Assembly: GCA_902566955.1 (NCBI GenBank)
Contig: CACFKX010000005.1
Span: 516 to 64,515, forward strand
Source: an uncultured SAR86 cluster bacterium
GTDB taxonomy: Bacteria; Pseudomonadota; Gammaproteobacteria; Magnimaribacterales; AG-339-G14
DNA length: 64,000 bases
Reading direction: 5' to 3'
Shown here: positions 10,466 to 21,475 of the stretch, one piece after another
Layout: every line of letters starts with the position of its first letter
How positions within the stretch are numbered: the first letter of the stretch is position 1
Made by a program: the position numbers and the translations under genes
Notes under the pieces: model-generated
Database searches by the model: none
What the model was told of the DNA's origin: nothing
Seen by the model: only the letters and a program-made list of their open reading frames with translations

Positions 10466-11028
10466 TGGAATCTGGCCCAAAAACATCTGCTCAATTATTT
10501 AGTGATATCTTGAAGCTTCAAAATGAAGGTTCACTTCCTCCTGTCGATGATTGGAATCCTCCTTTATGTGAAAACGTTCAGATGAAAATATCCAGAGATG
10601 GAAAATGGTATTTTATGGATTCTCCTATAGGCCGCGAAAAGATGGTTAGTTTATTTAGTACGGTTCTTAGATTCGATGAGGATGGAAATTACTACCTTGT
10701 TACTCCAGTAGAAAAAATTAGGATTGAAGTTGAAGATAAGCCTTTCGTTATCGTTACCTACCAAAAAGAAATTAAAAACGATAAAGAAGTTTTTTTGTTC
10801 AAGACCAACGTTGGCGATATTGTACTTTTAGATACTCTGGATAAGTTAAGAGTTGAAATTGATAAAGATACACAAGAACCTTCACCATATTTAAAGGTAA
10901 GAAAAAACTTAGAAGGGCTGATCAGTAGAAATGTTTTTTATCAATTAGTAGACGAATCCTACGAGAGGGATAAAGAATTATTTATTAAAAGTAACAATAA
11001 AGAATTTTCGCTTGGAAAATTGGACTGA
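10465..11028 (+). CDS. DUF1285-like conserved protein
   Basis: LPPVDDWNPPLC, I.RDG.W...SPI.R, LVTPVEK..IEVED.PF. Confidence 0.8.
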   Translation: MESGPKTSAQLFSDILKLQNEGSLPPVDDWNPPLCENVQMKISRDGKWYFMDSPIGREKMVSLFSTVLRFDEDGNYYLVTPVEKIRIEVEDKPFVIVTYQKEIKNDKEVFLFKTNVGDIVLLDTLDKLRVEIDKDTQEPSPYLKVRKNLEGLISRNVFYQLVDESYERDKELFIKSNNKEFSLGKLD

Positions 11029-12684
11029 CTACATATTTGGATAGTTAGGACCACCCATACCTTCTGGGGTTATCCAAACTATATTTTGGCTAGGGTCTTT
11101 GATATCACAAGTTTTACAATGAACACAATTCTGAGCATTAATTTGAAATTTATGTTCTCCGTCTTTCTCTACAACCTCATAGACACCAGCTGGACAGTAT
11201 CTTTGAGCCGGCTCATCATAAGTCGGTAGATTTACATTTATCGGAATAGAAGAATCTTTAAGAGTTAAGTGACAAGGTTGATCTTCTTCATGATTGGTAT
11301 TTGAAAGAAAAACAGAAGATAGTTTATCAAAGCTAATTTTTCCATCGGGTTTTGGATAATCAATTTTTTCACACTCACTTGCTTTTTTCATACATGCATA
11401 GTCAGGTGTTTTATGAGTCAATGTGAATGGATAACGACCTCTAAATAAGAATTGCTCGATAGCCATTAAAATTCCTCCAATCCACGTTCCATATTTATGG
11501 AAAAGAGGCGTCATATTTCTTGATTTATACAAATCAGTTTGTATCCAAGATGAATCAAATTTTTCTTCATAGGACTCTAAATCAGCATCTAGATTATTAT
11601 TTTGAACTGCATCAAATACTGTTTCTGCAGCAAGCATTCCAGACTTCATTGCCGTGTGAGTTCCTTTAATCTTGGTGAAAACTAGTGTTCCAGCATTGTC
11701 ACCGACAATAAGCCCACCAGGAAAAGTCATTTTTGGTCTAGATTGATAACCTCCTTTGATGAGTGCTCTAGCTCCATAAGCTACTCTTGTTCCACTCTCT
11801 AGGATCTTTTTTATATCTTTATGTTGTTTCCATTGCTGGAATTCATCAAAAGGACTTAAATGTGGATTTGAATAATCCAGTGGAACAACTAGGCCTATGT
11901 AGACTTGATTATTCTCTCCATGGTAAAAATATGAACCAGCTTTTGATTTACTCGGCCAACCAAAAGTATGCATCACGGTACCTTCTGAATGTACTTCAGC
12001 TGGGACATCCCATACTTCTTTGAATCCAATACCATAATGTTGAGGATCTTTATCTTTATCTAGCTCATATTTTGCAATAAGTTTTTTCCCTAAGTGACCT
12101 CTACATCCTTCTGCAAATATTGTGTACTTAGCTCTTAATTCCATAGAGGGTTGGTAAGAAGCTTTTTTCTCACCGTCTTTGGATATTCCCATTTCACCGG
12201 TAAGAATTCCTTTAACAACATCGTTTTCTAAGATCACATCCGCAGCTGTAAATCCTGGAAATATCTCTACTCCTAAATTTTCTGCCTGAGTACCAAGCCA
12301 TCTACATAAGTTAGCCAGACTCATCACATAGTTGCCATGATTATTGAAATTAGGCATTAAAAAAGAGGGAAAAGGAATGTTGAATGATAAATTTTCGTTA
12401 ATCAGGAATTTCACAACATCTTTTGTTGCTGGAGAATTCAAAGGAGCTCCTTTTTCTTTCCAATCAGGAATAAGCTCATCAAGAGCTCTTGGCTCAAAAC
12501 AGTTCCCAGACAATATGTGTGCTCCTATTTCAGAGCCTTTTTCAATAAGACATACGCTTAATTCTGCATTTTTTTCAGCAGCTAATTGTTTTAACTTAAT
12601 TGCAGTGGATAGGCCAGATGGACCTCCACCTACGACAACGACATCATATTCCATGACGTCTCTTTTAACTTGATTTTCTTCCAT
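11029..12684 (-). CDS. ETF-ubiquinone oxidoreductase
   Basis: GGGPSGL, EKGSEIGAHILSG, YCPAGVYE, NCVHCKTCDIKDP; ATG at 12684 preferred as start; divergent from etfBA. Confidence 0.95.
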   Translation of the reverse strand: MEENQVKRDVMEYDVVVVGGGPSGLSTAIKLKQLAAEKNAELSVCLIEKGSEIGAHILSGNCFEPRALDELIPDWKEKGAPLNSPATKDVVKFLINENLSFNIPFPSFLMPNFNNHGNYVMSLANLCRWLGTQAENLGVEIFPGFTAADVILENDVVKGILTGEMGISKDGEKKASYQPSMELRAKYTIFAEGCRGHLGKKLIAKYELDKDKDPQHYGIGFKEVWDVPAEVHSEGTVMHTFGWPSKSKAGSYFYHGENNQVYIGLVVPLDYSNPHLSPFDEFQQWKQHKDIKKILESGTRVAYGARALIKGGYQSRPKMTFPGGLIVGDNAGTLVFTKIKGTHTAMKSGMLAAETVFDAVQNNNLDADLESYEEKFDSSWIQTDLYKSRNMTPLFHKYGTWIGGILMAIEQFLFRGRYPFTLTHKTPDYACMKKASECEKIDYPKPDGKISFDKLSSVFLSNTNHEEDQPCHLTLKDSSIPINVNLPTYDEPAQRYCPAGVYEVVEKDGEHKFQINAQNCVHCKTCDIKDPSQNIVWITPEGMGGPNYPNM

Positions 12685-12787
12685 ACCTACTAATCTATGA
12701 GAGTATTCTAAAGACTTACTTTCAAGTAGCAAATCCTTTAGAATATGTAGTTCTTGTAATATTCCGCCTTAACACTATATAAAAATT

Positions 12788-13540
12788 ATGAAAATTTTAG
12801 TTCCAATAAAGAGAGTTGTTGATTACAACATTAAAGTTAGGCCAAAAGCTGATGAATCGGGCGTTGACTTAAATAACGTAAAAATGGCTATTAATCCTTT
12901 TTGCGAGATTGCTGTAGAAGAAGCTGTCAGATTAAAAGAGGGAGGTACTGCTACTGAGATAATTGCTGTGACAGTAGGGTCTTCAGCTTCTCAAGAACAA
13001 TTAAGAACTGCCTTAGCCCTTGGTGCCGACAGAGCTATTTTAGTAGAAACTGACATTGAGGTTGAACCTTTAGCTATTGCAAAACTTTTAAAAGGAGTTG
13101 TTGAAAAAGAGTCTCCAGACTTAGTAATACTGGGTAAGCAAGCTATAGATGGTGATAATAACCAAACCTCTCAAATGTTGGCAGCTCTTACTGGGTATGC
13201 TCAAGCAACATTTGCCTCTGAATTAAAAATTGAAGGAGAAAAGGCTCTTGTAACGAGAGAAGTTGATGGTGGTTTGCAAACAATTTCTGTCAATCTTCCT
13301 TGTATAGTATCTACAGACTTAAGGTTGAACGAACCAAGATATGCTTCTTTACCGAATATTATGAAGGCAAAGCAAAAACCTCTCGATGTAATAGAGGCTG
13401 GATCTTTAGGAGTAGATATTGAGCCAAGGAATAAAACTTTAAAAGTTTCTCCTCCTCCAGTTAGAGAAGCTGGAATAATTGTAGAAACTGTGGATGATTT
13501 AGTAGATAAACTTAAAAATGAAGCAAAGGTAATAACATGA
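12788..13540 (+). CDS. etfB: Electron transfer flavoprotein beta subunit
   Basis: [40 protein letters not shown]. Confidence 0.96.
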   Translation: MKILVPIKRVVDYNIKVRPKADESGVDLNNVKMAINPFCEIAVEEAVRLKEGGTATEIIAVTVGSSASQEQLRTALALGADRAILVETDIEVEPLAIAKLLKGVVEKESPDLVILGKQAIDGDNNQTSQMLAALTGYAQATFASELKIEGEKALVTREVDGGLQTISVNLPCIVSTDLRLNEPRYASLPNIMKAKQKPLDVIEAGSLGVDIEPRNKTLKVSPPPVREAGIIVETVDDLVDKLKNEAKVIT

Positions 13541-14463
13541 GTATACTTGTAATAGCTGAACACGATAACGAAGAAATTAAAGCATCAACTAATAATGTTG
13601 TAACTGCTGCAACTAATCTGGAAGGCGATATTCACGTTCTTGTTGCCGGATCAAATTGTTCTGGAGCAAAAGATCAAGCTGCAAAGATATCCGGAGTAGC
13701 AAAAGTATTAGTAGCAGATTCACCAGAATACGAGCATTGTCTCGCTGAGAATATTGCAGACCTAATTGTTGCAATTTCTGCTGACTACAGTCATATTCTT
13801 TCCCCAGCAACAACTAATGGTAAAAATTACATGCCAAGAGTTTCCGCTCTTTTAGATGTCGCTCAAATTTCTGATATCACCGCAATTGAGTCTAGCGATA
13901 CCTTTGAGAGACCAATTTATGCTGGAAATTGTATTGCAACCGTTCAAAACAGCGACTCAAAAAAAGTCATCACTGTTAGAACGACTGCTTTTGATGCCGC
14001 ACAAAATGATGGAAGTGCTGAGGTTGTTGATCTTCAAGAAAGCCATAACCTTGGAATATCAGAGTTCATAAAAGAAGAAATTGCTGAGTCAGATAGACCT
14101 GAATTAACTTCTGCAGATGTAATTATTTCTGGTGGCAGAGGCATGCAAAATGGAGATAATTTTAAAATTCTGGAATCTGTAGCTGATAAATTAGGTGCTG
14201 CTATAGGTGCTTCAAGAGCAGCAGTAGATTCTGGTTTTGTTCCGAATGATTACCAAGTTGGACAAACAGGAAAAATTGTTGCACCAAACCTATACATAGC
14301 CGTTGGAATATCAGGAGCTATTCAACATTTAGCAGGAATGAAGGATAGTAAAGTTATCGTAGCGATTAATAAAGATGAGGACGCACCTATATTTCAAGTA
14401 GCAGATTATGGGCTGGTTGCTGACTTATTTACAGCTGTCCCTGAACTTGATGCAAAACTTTAA
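13537..14463 (+). CDS. etfA: Electron transfer flavoprotein alpha subunit
   Basis: [35 protein letters not shown]. Confidence 0.96.
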   Translation: MSILVIAEHDNEEIKASTNNVVTAATNLEGDIHVLVAGSNCSGAKDQAAKISGVAKVLVADSPEYEHCLAENIADLIVAISADYSHILSPATTNGKNYMPRVSALLDVAQISDITAIESSDTFERPIYAGNCIATVQNSDSKKVITVRTTAFDAAQNDGSAEVVDLQESHNLGISEFIKEEIAESDRPELTSADVIISGGRGMQNGDNFKILESVADKLGAAIGASRAAVDSGFVPNDYQVGQTGKIVAPNLYIAVGISGAIQHLAGMKDSKVIVAINKDEDAPIFQVADYGLVADLFTAVPELDAKL

Positions 14464-15053
14464 TGTCAAATATTGTTGAAATCACAGAGGGCGCAGAAGA
14501 ATATTTAGGTAATCTTCTAAAAGATTCTGAAGAAAAAGACACGAACATAAGAATCTTTGTTTCCGATCCTGGTTCAAATAGGGCAGAAACTTGCATAGTT
14601 TATTGCAAACCAGGCGAACAAGACCCAACTGATTTTTCTCAAACCTATAAATCATTTAATGTTTTTCTAGACGAGAAAAGTCTTCCATACCTAGAGGATG
14701 CTAAAGTTGATTACCATCCAGATAAATTTGGAGGTCAACTGACAATTAGAGCACCGAAATCAAAAACTCCATTTTTATCGGATGAAAGCTCCATTGAAGA
14801 CAAGATTAATTTTTATTTACATAGTGAAATTAATCCTGCATTAGCATCGCACGGAGGAGAGGTTAGTCTGGTTGAAGTTCTTGATGACAATAAAGCGGTT
14901 CTTCAATTCGGTGGTGGTTGTCAGGGTTGCAGCATGATTGACGTCACGTTAAAAGATGGCGTTGAAAAAACTCTTATAGAAAATGTACCTGAAATTACCG
15001 GAATCATAGATTCAACTGATCATTCACATACAGAAAACGCTTATTTTAAATAA
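14463..15053 (+). CDS. nfuA: Fe-S biogenesis protein NfuA
   Basis: Degenerate A-type N-domain plus NifU-C domain INPALASHGG...GGGCQGC. Confidence 0.93.
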   Translation: MSNIVEITEGAEEYLGNLLKDSEEKDTNIRIFVSDPGSNRAETCIVYCKPGEQDPTDFSQTYKSFNVFLDEKSLPYLEDAKVDYHPDKFGGQLTIRAPKSKTPFLSDESSIEDKINFYLHSEINPALASHGGEVSLVEVLDDNKAVLQFGGGCQGCSMIDVTLKDGVEKTLIENVPEITGIIDSTDHSHTENAYFK

Positions 15054-15055
15054 TC

Positions 15056-16462
15056 ATGCCTGAAAAGAATGTCTCATATGTTTTCAATGACACTGAGACA
15101 ACGGGTTTAAACATCAATTTTTCTCAAATTATCCAAATTGGGTCAATTTTGACGTCTGAAAATTTTGATCAAATTGATACTATTGATGATGAATGTCAAA
15201 TTTTGCCATGGATAGTTCCAGATCCGGGAGCTTATTTCACTCATAAAAAGATTTCTACTCTTAATTCAAATTGCAACAAGACTCATTACGATCTGATAAA
15301 AGAGATCCACTCAACTTGGATGCAATGGTCAGATTCTTCGAATTTGGTTCACATAACCTATAACGGTCACAAGTTTGATGAGGAATTGCTTAGACGACAA
15401 TTCTATTGGTATTTATTAGATCCATATATAACTAATACAAATAATAATGGTAGAGCAGATATGTATGTATTGTTTCAGTTATTAGCAAACTTTTATTCTG
15501 ATGAAATTAAAACAGGTAAAAATGAAAATGGTGATTTAAGCCTCAAACTGAGTGATTTAGCAGAAGCAAATGGTATTTCTGCTGAAGGAGCACATGATGC
15601 TTTAGAGGACTGTATCTTGATGGTTGAACTTGGAAAAATTATTAAGGACAAGGCTCCCGAAGCATGGAAAATTTTCATTCAAGGTTCATCTAAGAAAGGA
15701 AACTTAGATATATTAAGATCTGAAAAATTTTGCCTATTAGGTGAGGTGTTACGCAGAAATAAATACGTTTATCCTATCTACCCATGCGGACAAAATAATT
15801 CGAATCAAAATCAAATAATTGTTTGTGATTTATATTTCAATCCAGAAGAATTATTTAAACTTAAGGATCATGAACTTTTAGAACAATTAGGAACTCAAGG
15901 CGGAGCTTTCAAATTAGTTTCAATAAATAAAAGCATGCCAGTTACTCCGATAAGCAGTATCTCTAAACCTTCATCATATCTTGATTTATCAATCAAAGAA
16001 TTAACGAGAAGGGCAAACTTACTAAAAGAAAATTTCGAGTTTTCAGAAAGACTCTCCGAACTTTTAATAAAAAAACAAAAAAGTTATCCGCCTCCAAAAT
16101 ATGTAGATCAAGCAATATATGAAAGATTTCCTAGTGATTCAGATAGGCTTTGGATGGAAAAATTTCATATTTCAACTTGGCAAGATAAAACAAAATTAAA
16201 GGAAGGATTTGAAGACAGCAGATACAGAGAATTAGCATCTAGAATTATAGCTTTAGAGAAACCCGATTTATTATCTGACGATGAAAATGAAGATTTTTCT
16301 CAATTTATTAACGAACGATTATTCACAAAAGGACCTTGGCTAAATTTAAGTCAAGCTATACAAAAATTAGAAAAATACGATTCGGATGACTCAGATCATT
16401 TAAAGATCAAAAGCGCACTTAAAGAACATCTTCAGAACTTAGAAAAAACTAACTCGGCTTAG
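15056..16462 (+). CDS. sbcB: Exodeoxyribonuclease I
   Basis: DEDDh motifs DTETTG, YNGHKFDEE, AHDALED; VDQAIY..F; D.RY.EL. Confidence 0.8.
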   Translation: MPEKNVSYVFNDTETTGLNINFSQIIQIGSILTSENFDQIDTIDDECQILPWIVPDPGAYFTHKKISTLNSNCNKTHYDLIKEIHSTWMQWSDSSNLVHITYNGHKFDEELLRRQFYWYLLDPYITNTNNNGRADMYVLFQLLANFYSDEIKTGKNENGDLSLKLSDLAEANGISAEGAHDALEDCILMVELGKIIKDKAPEAWKIFIQGSSKKGNLDILRSEKFCLLGEVLRRNKYVYPIYPCGQNNSNQNQIIVCDLYFNPEELFKLKDHELLEQLGTQGGAFKLVSINKSMPVTPISSISKPSSYLDLSIKELTRRANLLKENFEFSERLSELLIKKQKSYPPPKYVDQAIYERFPSDSDRLWMEKFHISTWQDKTKLKEGFEDSRYRELASRIIALEKPDLLSDDENEDFSQFINERLFTKGPWLNLSQAIQKLEKYDSDDSDHLKIKSALKEHLQNLEKTNSA

Positions 16463-17285
16463 TTATTAAAAGAAGTAATCCAAATTTTGGATGATCAAAA
16501 TAATTAATTTCTCCTGATCTAAGTCTTCTAGATTCTTTTAATTGGAAAATAGGCATTAGCTCTTCTTCTTGTAAATTTGGCAGACTTTTCTTTTGTAATT
16601 CTAGGCCTGTATTATTGAATAAATAACCTTCTATATTTGGATTAGTATTATCTAATTCTTCGATACTTAAGATTTCATCTTCTTGGATTTTTTCTGCTAA
16701 AAAAATCTCGATATCAGTGTGCAAATATCTTCCTTTGTAAGGTCTTAAAAAACCATAAATCCTTGAACCTCTTTCAATACTTGAATCAATAAAGATTTCA
16801 AATGAATTATCTTTTGTTGGTATAGGTTGATACCAAGATTGTTCCCCAATGAATCTAAAGTATCTACTTCTCCTAATGAGATCCTTAAATTCTTTCATTA
16901 AATTATCATCTCTTTTGTCTATCTGAAATATTTTTCTAGGAAACTCTCTTTTTCGAGTGATTATATTTTTTTCTGTAGTCTTTTTTTTTGTTTCTTTCTT
17001 AATAAAAGGAATATCAATGGATTGGTTTTCTTTAGGAATTTCAAAATTTGTAGGGACGATATCTAAATTTGGATATTGGAATTCATTAAGAGCAACAAAA
17101 AATCTTTCAAAATTTACTTCTGGATTCTGAAAGTTTTCTTTTAAGTCCTCATCTTTTAAATACTTAATAAAAATTAAGTCAATTCTGTACTCATCATCGC
17201 TAAGAAAATCAACATCCAATTGATCTCGCTCAACCGAAATCAGATTAAAAGATAACAAAAGAATAAAAAAATTAGCTAGCTTCAT
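16449..17285 (-). CDS. CsiV-like (peptidoglycan-binding) exported protein
   Basis: Signal peptide; WYQP, GRYLHTD, ESRRLRSGEINYFDHPKFGLL; downstream of mfd as in other gammaproteobacteria. Confidence 0.75.
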   Translation of the reverse strand: MKLANFFILLLSFNLISVERDQLDVDFLSDDEYRIDLIFIKYLKDEDLKENFQNPEVNFERFFVALNEFQYPNLDIVPTNFEIPKENQSIDIPFIKKETKKKTTEKNIITRKREFPRKIFQIDKRDDNLMKEFKDLIRRSRYFRFIGEQSWYQPIPTKDNSFEIFIDSSIERGSRIYGFLRPYKGRYLHTDIEIFLAEKIQEDEILSIEELDNTNPNIEGYLFNNTGLELQKKSLPNLQEEELMPIFQLKESRRLRSGEINYFDHPKFGLLLLITKPS

Positions 17286-20184
17286 CTAATTTTAGGTTGG
17301 ATATTATGGTCGAGAATGTATCTTGTAAAAATAAAATTGAATTATCTTCTTGAGGATTAAAAACTAATACATTGTTAGTTTTATTATCAGCCAGGATCGG
17401 AGATTCGGAATCAAACGTACATTCAATTCTTTTATTTGTACCTATTATTCTTTTAATCATCAGCGGCATAGAAATAATCTTTAGTTTGGTCAGTTCTATA
17501 AGGTTTTGGAAAGTTGTTGAAAAAGGACCGAATCTGTCAACAATTTCATCTTTTAAAATTTCCAATTCATCCAGTGTTTTACATTCTGCTAATCTTTTAT
17601 ACATTTCTAGTCTAAGCTCAGCTTGAGGAAGATAGTCGTTCTCTATATAAGCTGGAACGTTCAAATTAATTGATGTATCTATGATTTTATCCTCAGGCAT
17701 ACCTTTCAATAAATGTTTAGCTTTTTTTATCATTTCACTAAAAAGATTTAAACCAACATCATGAACTAAACCGCTTTGCTTTTCTCCTAAGATTTCTCCT
17801 GCACCTCTTATTTCAAGATCCCTCATTGCTAAGGCTAGCCCAGCATTAAAGGAATCCGTTGATTGCAAAGCTGTGATTCTATCTTTTGCTTTACCTTTTA
17901 TATCTTTGAATTCATTGGTAAAAAAATATGCATATGCCTGTGTCGGAGATCTACCAACTCTTCCTCTTAATTGATGAAGTTGGGATAAGCCAAAATTATC
18001 TGCATCTTTCACTATAAGTGTATTTGCGTTGGGAATATCTATTCCGCTTTCTATAATAGTTGTACAGACAAGGACATCAATATTTCCTTCTTTAAAATTA
18101 CTTAATATTTCCTTTATCTTGAGTGGATCCATTTGACCATGAACAATATCAATATTTTTTTCAGGAAATATTTGAGTTAATTTATATTTTTCCTCTTCTA
18201 ATTTATAGATTCTATTGCAGACATAAAATGTTTGCCCACCTCTTAATGTTTCACGCCGTATTGCTTCTTTGATGAAAGACTTTGATTCTCTTGAAACAAT
18301 TGTTTCAACCGGTTTTCTTCCATGAGGGGGAGATGCAATGATAGAAAAATCTTTTAAGTCAGTTAAGGCTAGATTTAATGTACGTGGAATAGGCGTCGCT
18401 GATAAATACATGACATCTATTTGTGCCTTTAATGATTTAATTTTTTCCTTTTGTTTAACTCCAAATTTATGTTCCTCATCAATTATCAAAAGACCAACAT
18501 TATTAAAATCTAATTTATTGTTCATTAATGCATGAGTGCCAATCACAATTAGGTTAGGCTGATTTAAGATCTTTAAGTAAACATCTTTTTTTTCTTGAGT
18601 GGATAGATTTCTAGTTAATAAAACCACATCAACGTCGTATCCAGAAAATCTTTTTGTAAATGTTTCATAGTGTTGCTCTGCAAGAATTGTAGTGGGGACC
18701 ATCAAACAAACTTGAAAACCATTCATGTAAGAAATATACGAAGCTCTCAATGCCATCTCCGTCTTGCCGAAACCAACTTCACCGCAAATTAATCGATCCA
18801 TCATTTTGGGAGAATTGAAATCGTTTATCAGAGAGTGAGAACATTTAAGCTGATCTGGTGTGAGTTCATATGGAAAATTTTCAATAAATTTTTGAAAACC
18901 CTCTTTATTTATCTCCAATGGAGATCTTTTATAATTTGATCTTTTAGCTTCTGATTCTATTAATTCAGCAGCAAAATCATATGCTTTTTCAAACGTCTTT
19001 TGTTTTTTCTGATTCCATTTACTCTTTCTTATTGAGTCTAATTTTATCTCGTCCATTCCAATATAAGCCGAAAGCAAATTCATAGAGTGAACAGGCAAAT
19101 ATATTAAATCTCCTTGATCAAATTCAATGATCAAACATTCCGTATTGTTTAATTTTTTCAATCCTCTGTAAATTCCAATTCCATGATCTAAATGAACTAC
19201 TTTAGAATCAATTTCAAAAGCAATATTTTCTGTTATCGAGAATCTTTCATAGGAGTAATCGTCTTTTGTATCTATTTCATCTTTATTTTTCTGGATATTT
19301 AAAATTAAATTCTCAGAACTTAATGAAGAAATTTCATCCAATGAATTAAATAAAATTTCAGGGGGGAGGGGAGGCCTGTCTAGGTCTAATTTAAAGTCTT
19401 CATATCTCTCATTAATTAAGTCCCAGTATTCCGATAGATATTTTTTTGCCTCATTGATATAGATAAGTTTGTAATTTTTAAAATAATCTTTAAAAAATGT
19501 TCTTTCATAAAAAAACAAAGGTAAATAATGTTCTAGTCCCTCCAAATTTTTACCTTTCAAAATACTATCGAATACTGGCCCGTCTGACTGAAATGTATTT
19601 CTCCAGTTTTTTTTAAAGATATTAATCGATTCGTTTGTTAATTCGTATCCTTTAGCTGCAATACACTTATATGAATCAATTTCTTTGAATGTAATTTGAT
19701 CTTCATTTTTGAAATACTTTATTGATATGACCTCATCATCAAAAAGATCAATTCTAATTGGTAGTTTTGAATTACTTGGAAAGATATCTATTACAGAACC
19801 TCTAACTGCGTATTGCCCATTCTTTATGACTAAATCTGCTCTTTCGTATCCGGAGTTAATTAAAAATTTTATTAATCTTTTTAAGTCAATTTGTTGATTT
19901 TTTGATATTTCGAATGTTTTTTCAAAAATATACTTCTTATCAAACAAAGGTTGAATAATTGATGATGCAGTGCAGGCAAAACTAACTTCTTCTTCTATTA
20001 ATGATCTAAGAGTTTCTATACGCTTACCTAGAAGCGATGGATCAGGGGAAAAATTATCATATGGAAGAATTTCAAGATCTGGTAAAACATCTAAATCTTC
20101 AAAAAAAGACGGATCAGATGCTTTATACCTATCCAATTGGTATTTACTTTCAAAAATTATTATATTTTTTTGATCTAATTTCAT
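17272..20184 (-). CDS. mfd: Transcription-repair coupling factor (shortened, 970 aa)
   Basis: LPYDNFSP, VRGSVIDIFP, RID VVHLDHGIG, GEVGFGKT, DEEHKFG, SATPIPRTL, QLRGRVGRS, RDLEIRGAG, C-terminal TRCF domain. Confidence 0.93.
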   Translation of the reverse strand: MKLDQKNIIIFESKYQLDRYKASDPSFFEDLDVLPDLEILPYDNFSPDPSLLGKRIETLRSLIEEEVSFACTASSIIQPLFDKKYIFEKTFEISKNQQIDLKRLIKFLINSGYERADLVIKNGQYAVRGSVIDIFPSNSKLPIRIDLFDDEVISIKYFKNEDQITFKEIDSYKCIAAKGYELTNESINIFKKNWRNTFQSDGPVFDSILKGKNLEGLEHYLPLFFYERTFFKDYFKNYKLIYINEAKKYLSEYWDLINERYEDFKLDLDRPPLPPEILFNSLDEISSLSSENLILNIQKNKDEIDTKDDYSYERFSITENIAFEIDSKVVHLDHGIGIYRGLKKLNNTECLIIEFDQGDLIYLPVHSMNLLSAYIGMDEIKLDSIRKSKWNQKKQKTFEKAYDFAAELIESEAKRSNYKRSPLEINKEGFQKFIENFPYELTPDQLKCSHSLINDFNSPKMMDRLICGEVGFGKTEMALRASYISYMNGFQVCLMVPTTILAEQHYETFTKRFSGYDVDVVLLTRNLSTQEKKDVYLKILNQPNLIVIGTHALMNNKLDFNNVGLLIIDEEHKFGVKQKEKIKSLKAQIDVMYLSATPIPRTLNLALTDLKDFSIIASPPHGRKPVETIVSRESKSFIKEAIRRETLRGGQTFYVCNRIYKLEEEKYKLTQIFPEKNIDIVHGQMDPLKIKEILSNFKEGNIDVLVCTTIIESGIDIPNANTLIVKDADNFGLSQLHQLRGRVGRSPTQAYAYFFTNEFKDIKGKAKDRITALQSTDSFNAGLALAMRDLEIRGAGEILGEKQSGLVHDVGLNLFSEMIKKAKHLLKGMPEDKIIDTSINLNVPAYIENDYLPQAELRLEMYKRLAECKTLDELEILKDEIVDRFGPFSTTFQNLIELTKLKIISMPLMIKRIIGTNKRIECTFDSESPILADNKTNNVLVFNPQEDNSILFLQDTFSTIISNLKLDEAS

Positions 20185-20263
20185 TAGTTTCTACTTATTA
20201 AGATCCGACTACATTGTGTATAATGACGTCGTCTATTTTGCCCTAAACTACAGAGGTGTTTTA

Positions 20264-21457
20264 ATGAATTTATCATTTTCTAAAGAAGATCAAGAATTTC
20301 AACAAGAGGTTAGAACTTTTATTGAGCAGAATTATCCTTCTGAAATTAAAGAGAAGCAAGATCAAGGTATTCCTTTAAGTAAAGAAGATACTGTGAAATG
20401 GCACAAAATCTTAAACGATAAAGGTTGGCTAGCAGTAAATTGGCCTGAGGAACTTGGCGGAACTGGATGGACAATTACTCAAAAACATATATTTCAAAAT
20501 GAATTAGCTGCAGCTAATACACCTACGCTAATGCCTTTTGGTGTGAACATGTGTGGGCCAGTAATTTATACTTTTGGTTCCGATGAACAAAAGGAATTTC
20601 ATCTTCCAAAAATCCTTAATGGAGATATTTGGTGGTGTCAGGGTTACTCTGAGCCAGGATCGGGATCTGATTTAGCTTCCCTGAAGACAAAAGCAGAAAA
20701 AAAAGGTGACGTTTACGTAGTTAATGGCGCTAAAACCTGGACAACTTTAGCTCAACATGCTGACTGGATTTTTTGTTTAGTAAGAACAGATAGCAGTGGA
20801 AAAAAACAAGAAGGTATAAGTTTCTTGTTGATAGACATGAATACTCCTGGGGTAGAAGTTAAACCTATTATAACTATCGATGGAACTCATGAAGTAAACA
20901 TGGTCTATTTTGATAATGTTGAAGTTCCTGTAACCAATTTAGTTGGTGAAGAAGGCTTTGGCTGGAGCATTGCTAAATTCCTTTTAGCTCATGAAAGAAC
21001 TGGTATTGCTGGGATACCTTCTCTAAAAAGGGAACTAGATAGATTGAGAGACATCACTACTCAAATTCAAGTAGGTGAGGGATCTTTAAAAGATGATGCA
21101 ATGTTTATGTCTAAGCTTGATAGATTAGAAATCAAATTAACAGCGGCAGAATACACCGAATTAAGAACACTTGCTGCGATGTCAGCTGGTGGTCATCCTG
21201 GTCCAGAATCATCAATCCTAAAAATTCTAGGTACCGATCTTCAGCAAGAATTATCTGATTTATTCGTTGAAGCAGTAGGTTATTATGCTCATCCTTTTAT
21301 GACCGAAGAAGATCTAGCTTCAAATGAATCAAGAATTGGACCTGACTTTGCTGCACCAGTCATGCCTCATTACCTGAATTACAGAAAGGTATCTATATAT
21401 GGCGGAAGTAATGAAATTCAAAGGAATGTAATTGCTAAAATGTATTTAGGTTTATAA
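20264..21457 (+). CDS. Acyl-CoA dehydrogenase (PimC-like subunit)
   Basis: WCQGYSEPGSGSDLA, LAHER, SIYGGSNEIQR; ATG at 20264 with GAGG RBS. Confidence 0.9.
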   Translation: MNLSFSKEDQEFQQEVRTFIEQNYPSEIKEKQDQGIPLSKEDTVKWHKILNDKGWLAVNWPEELGGTGWTITQKHIFQNELAAANTPTLMPFGVNMCGPVIYTFGSDEQKEFHLPKILNGDIWWCQGYSEPGSGSDLASLKTKAEKKGDVYVVNGAKTWTTLAQHADWIFCLVRTDSSGKKQEGISFLLIDMNTPGVEVKPIITIDGTHEVNMVYFDNVEVPVTNLVGEEGFGWSIAKFLLAHERTGIAGIPSLKRELDRLRDITTQIQVGEGSLKDDAMFMSKLDRLEIKLTAAEYTELRTLAAMSAGGHPGPESSILKILGTDLQQELSDLFVEAVGYYAHPFMTEEDLASNESRIGPDFAAPVMPHYLNYRKVSIYGGSNEIQRNVIAKMYLGL

Positions 21458-21475
21458 GTAAATCAGGAAAGAGAT

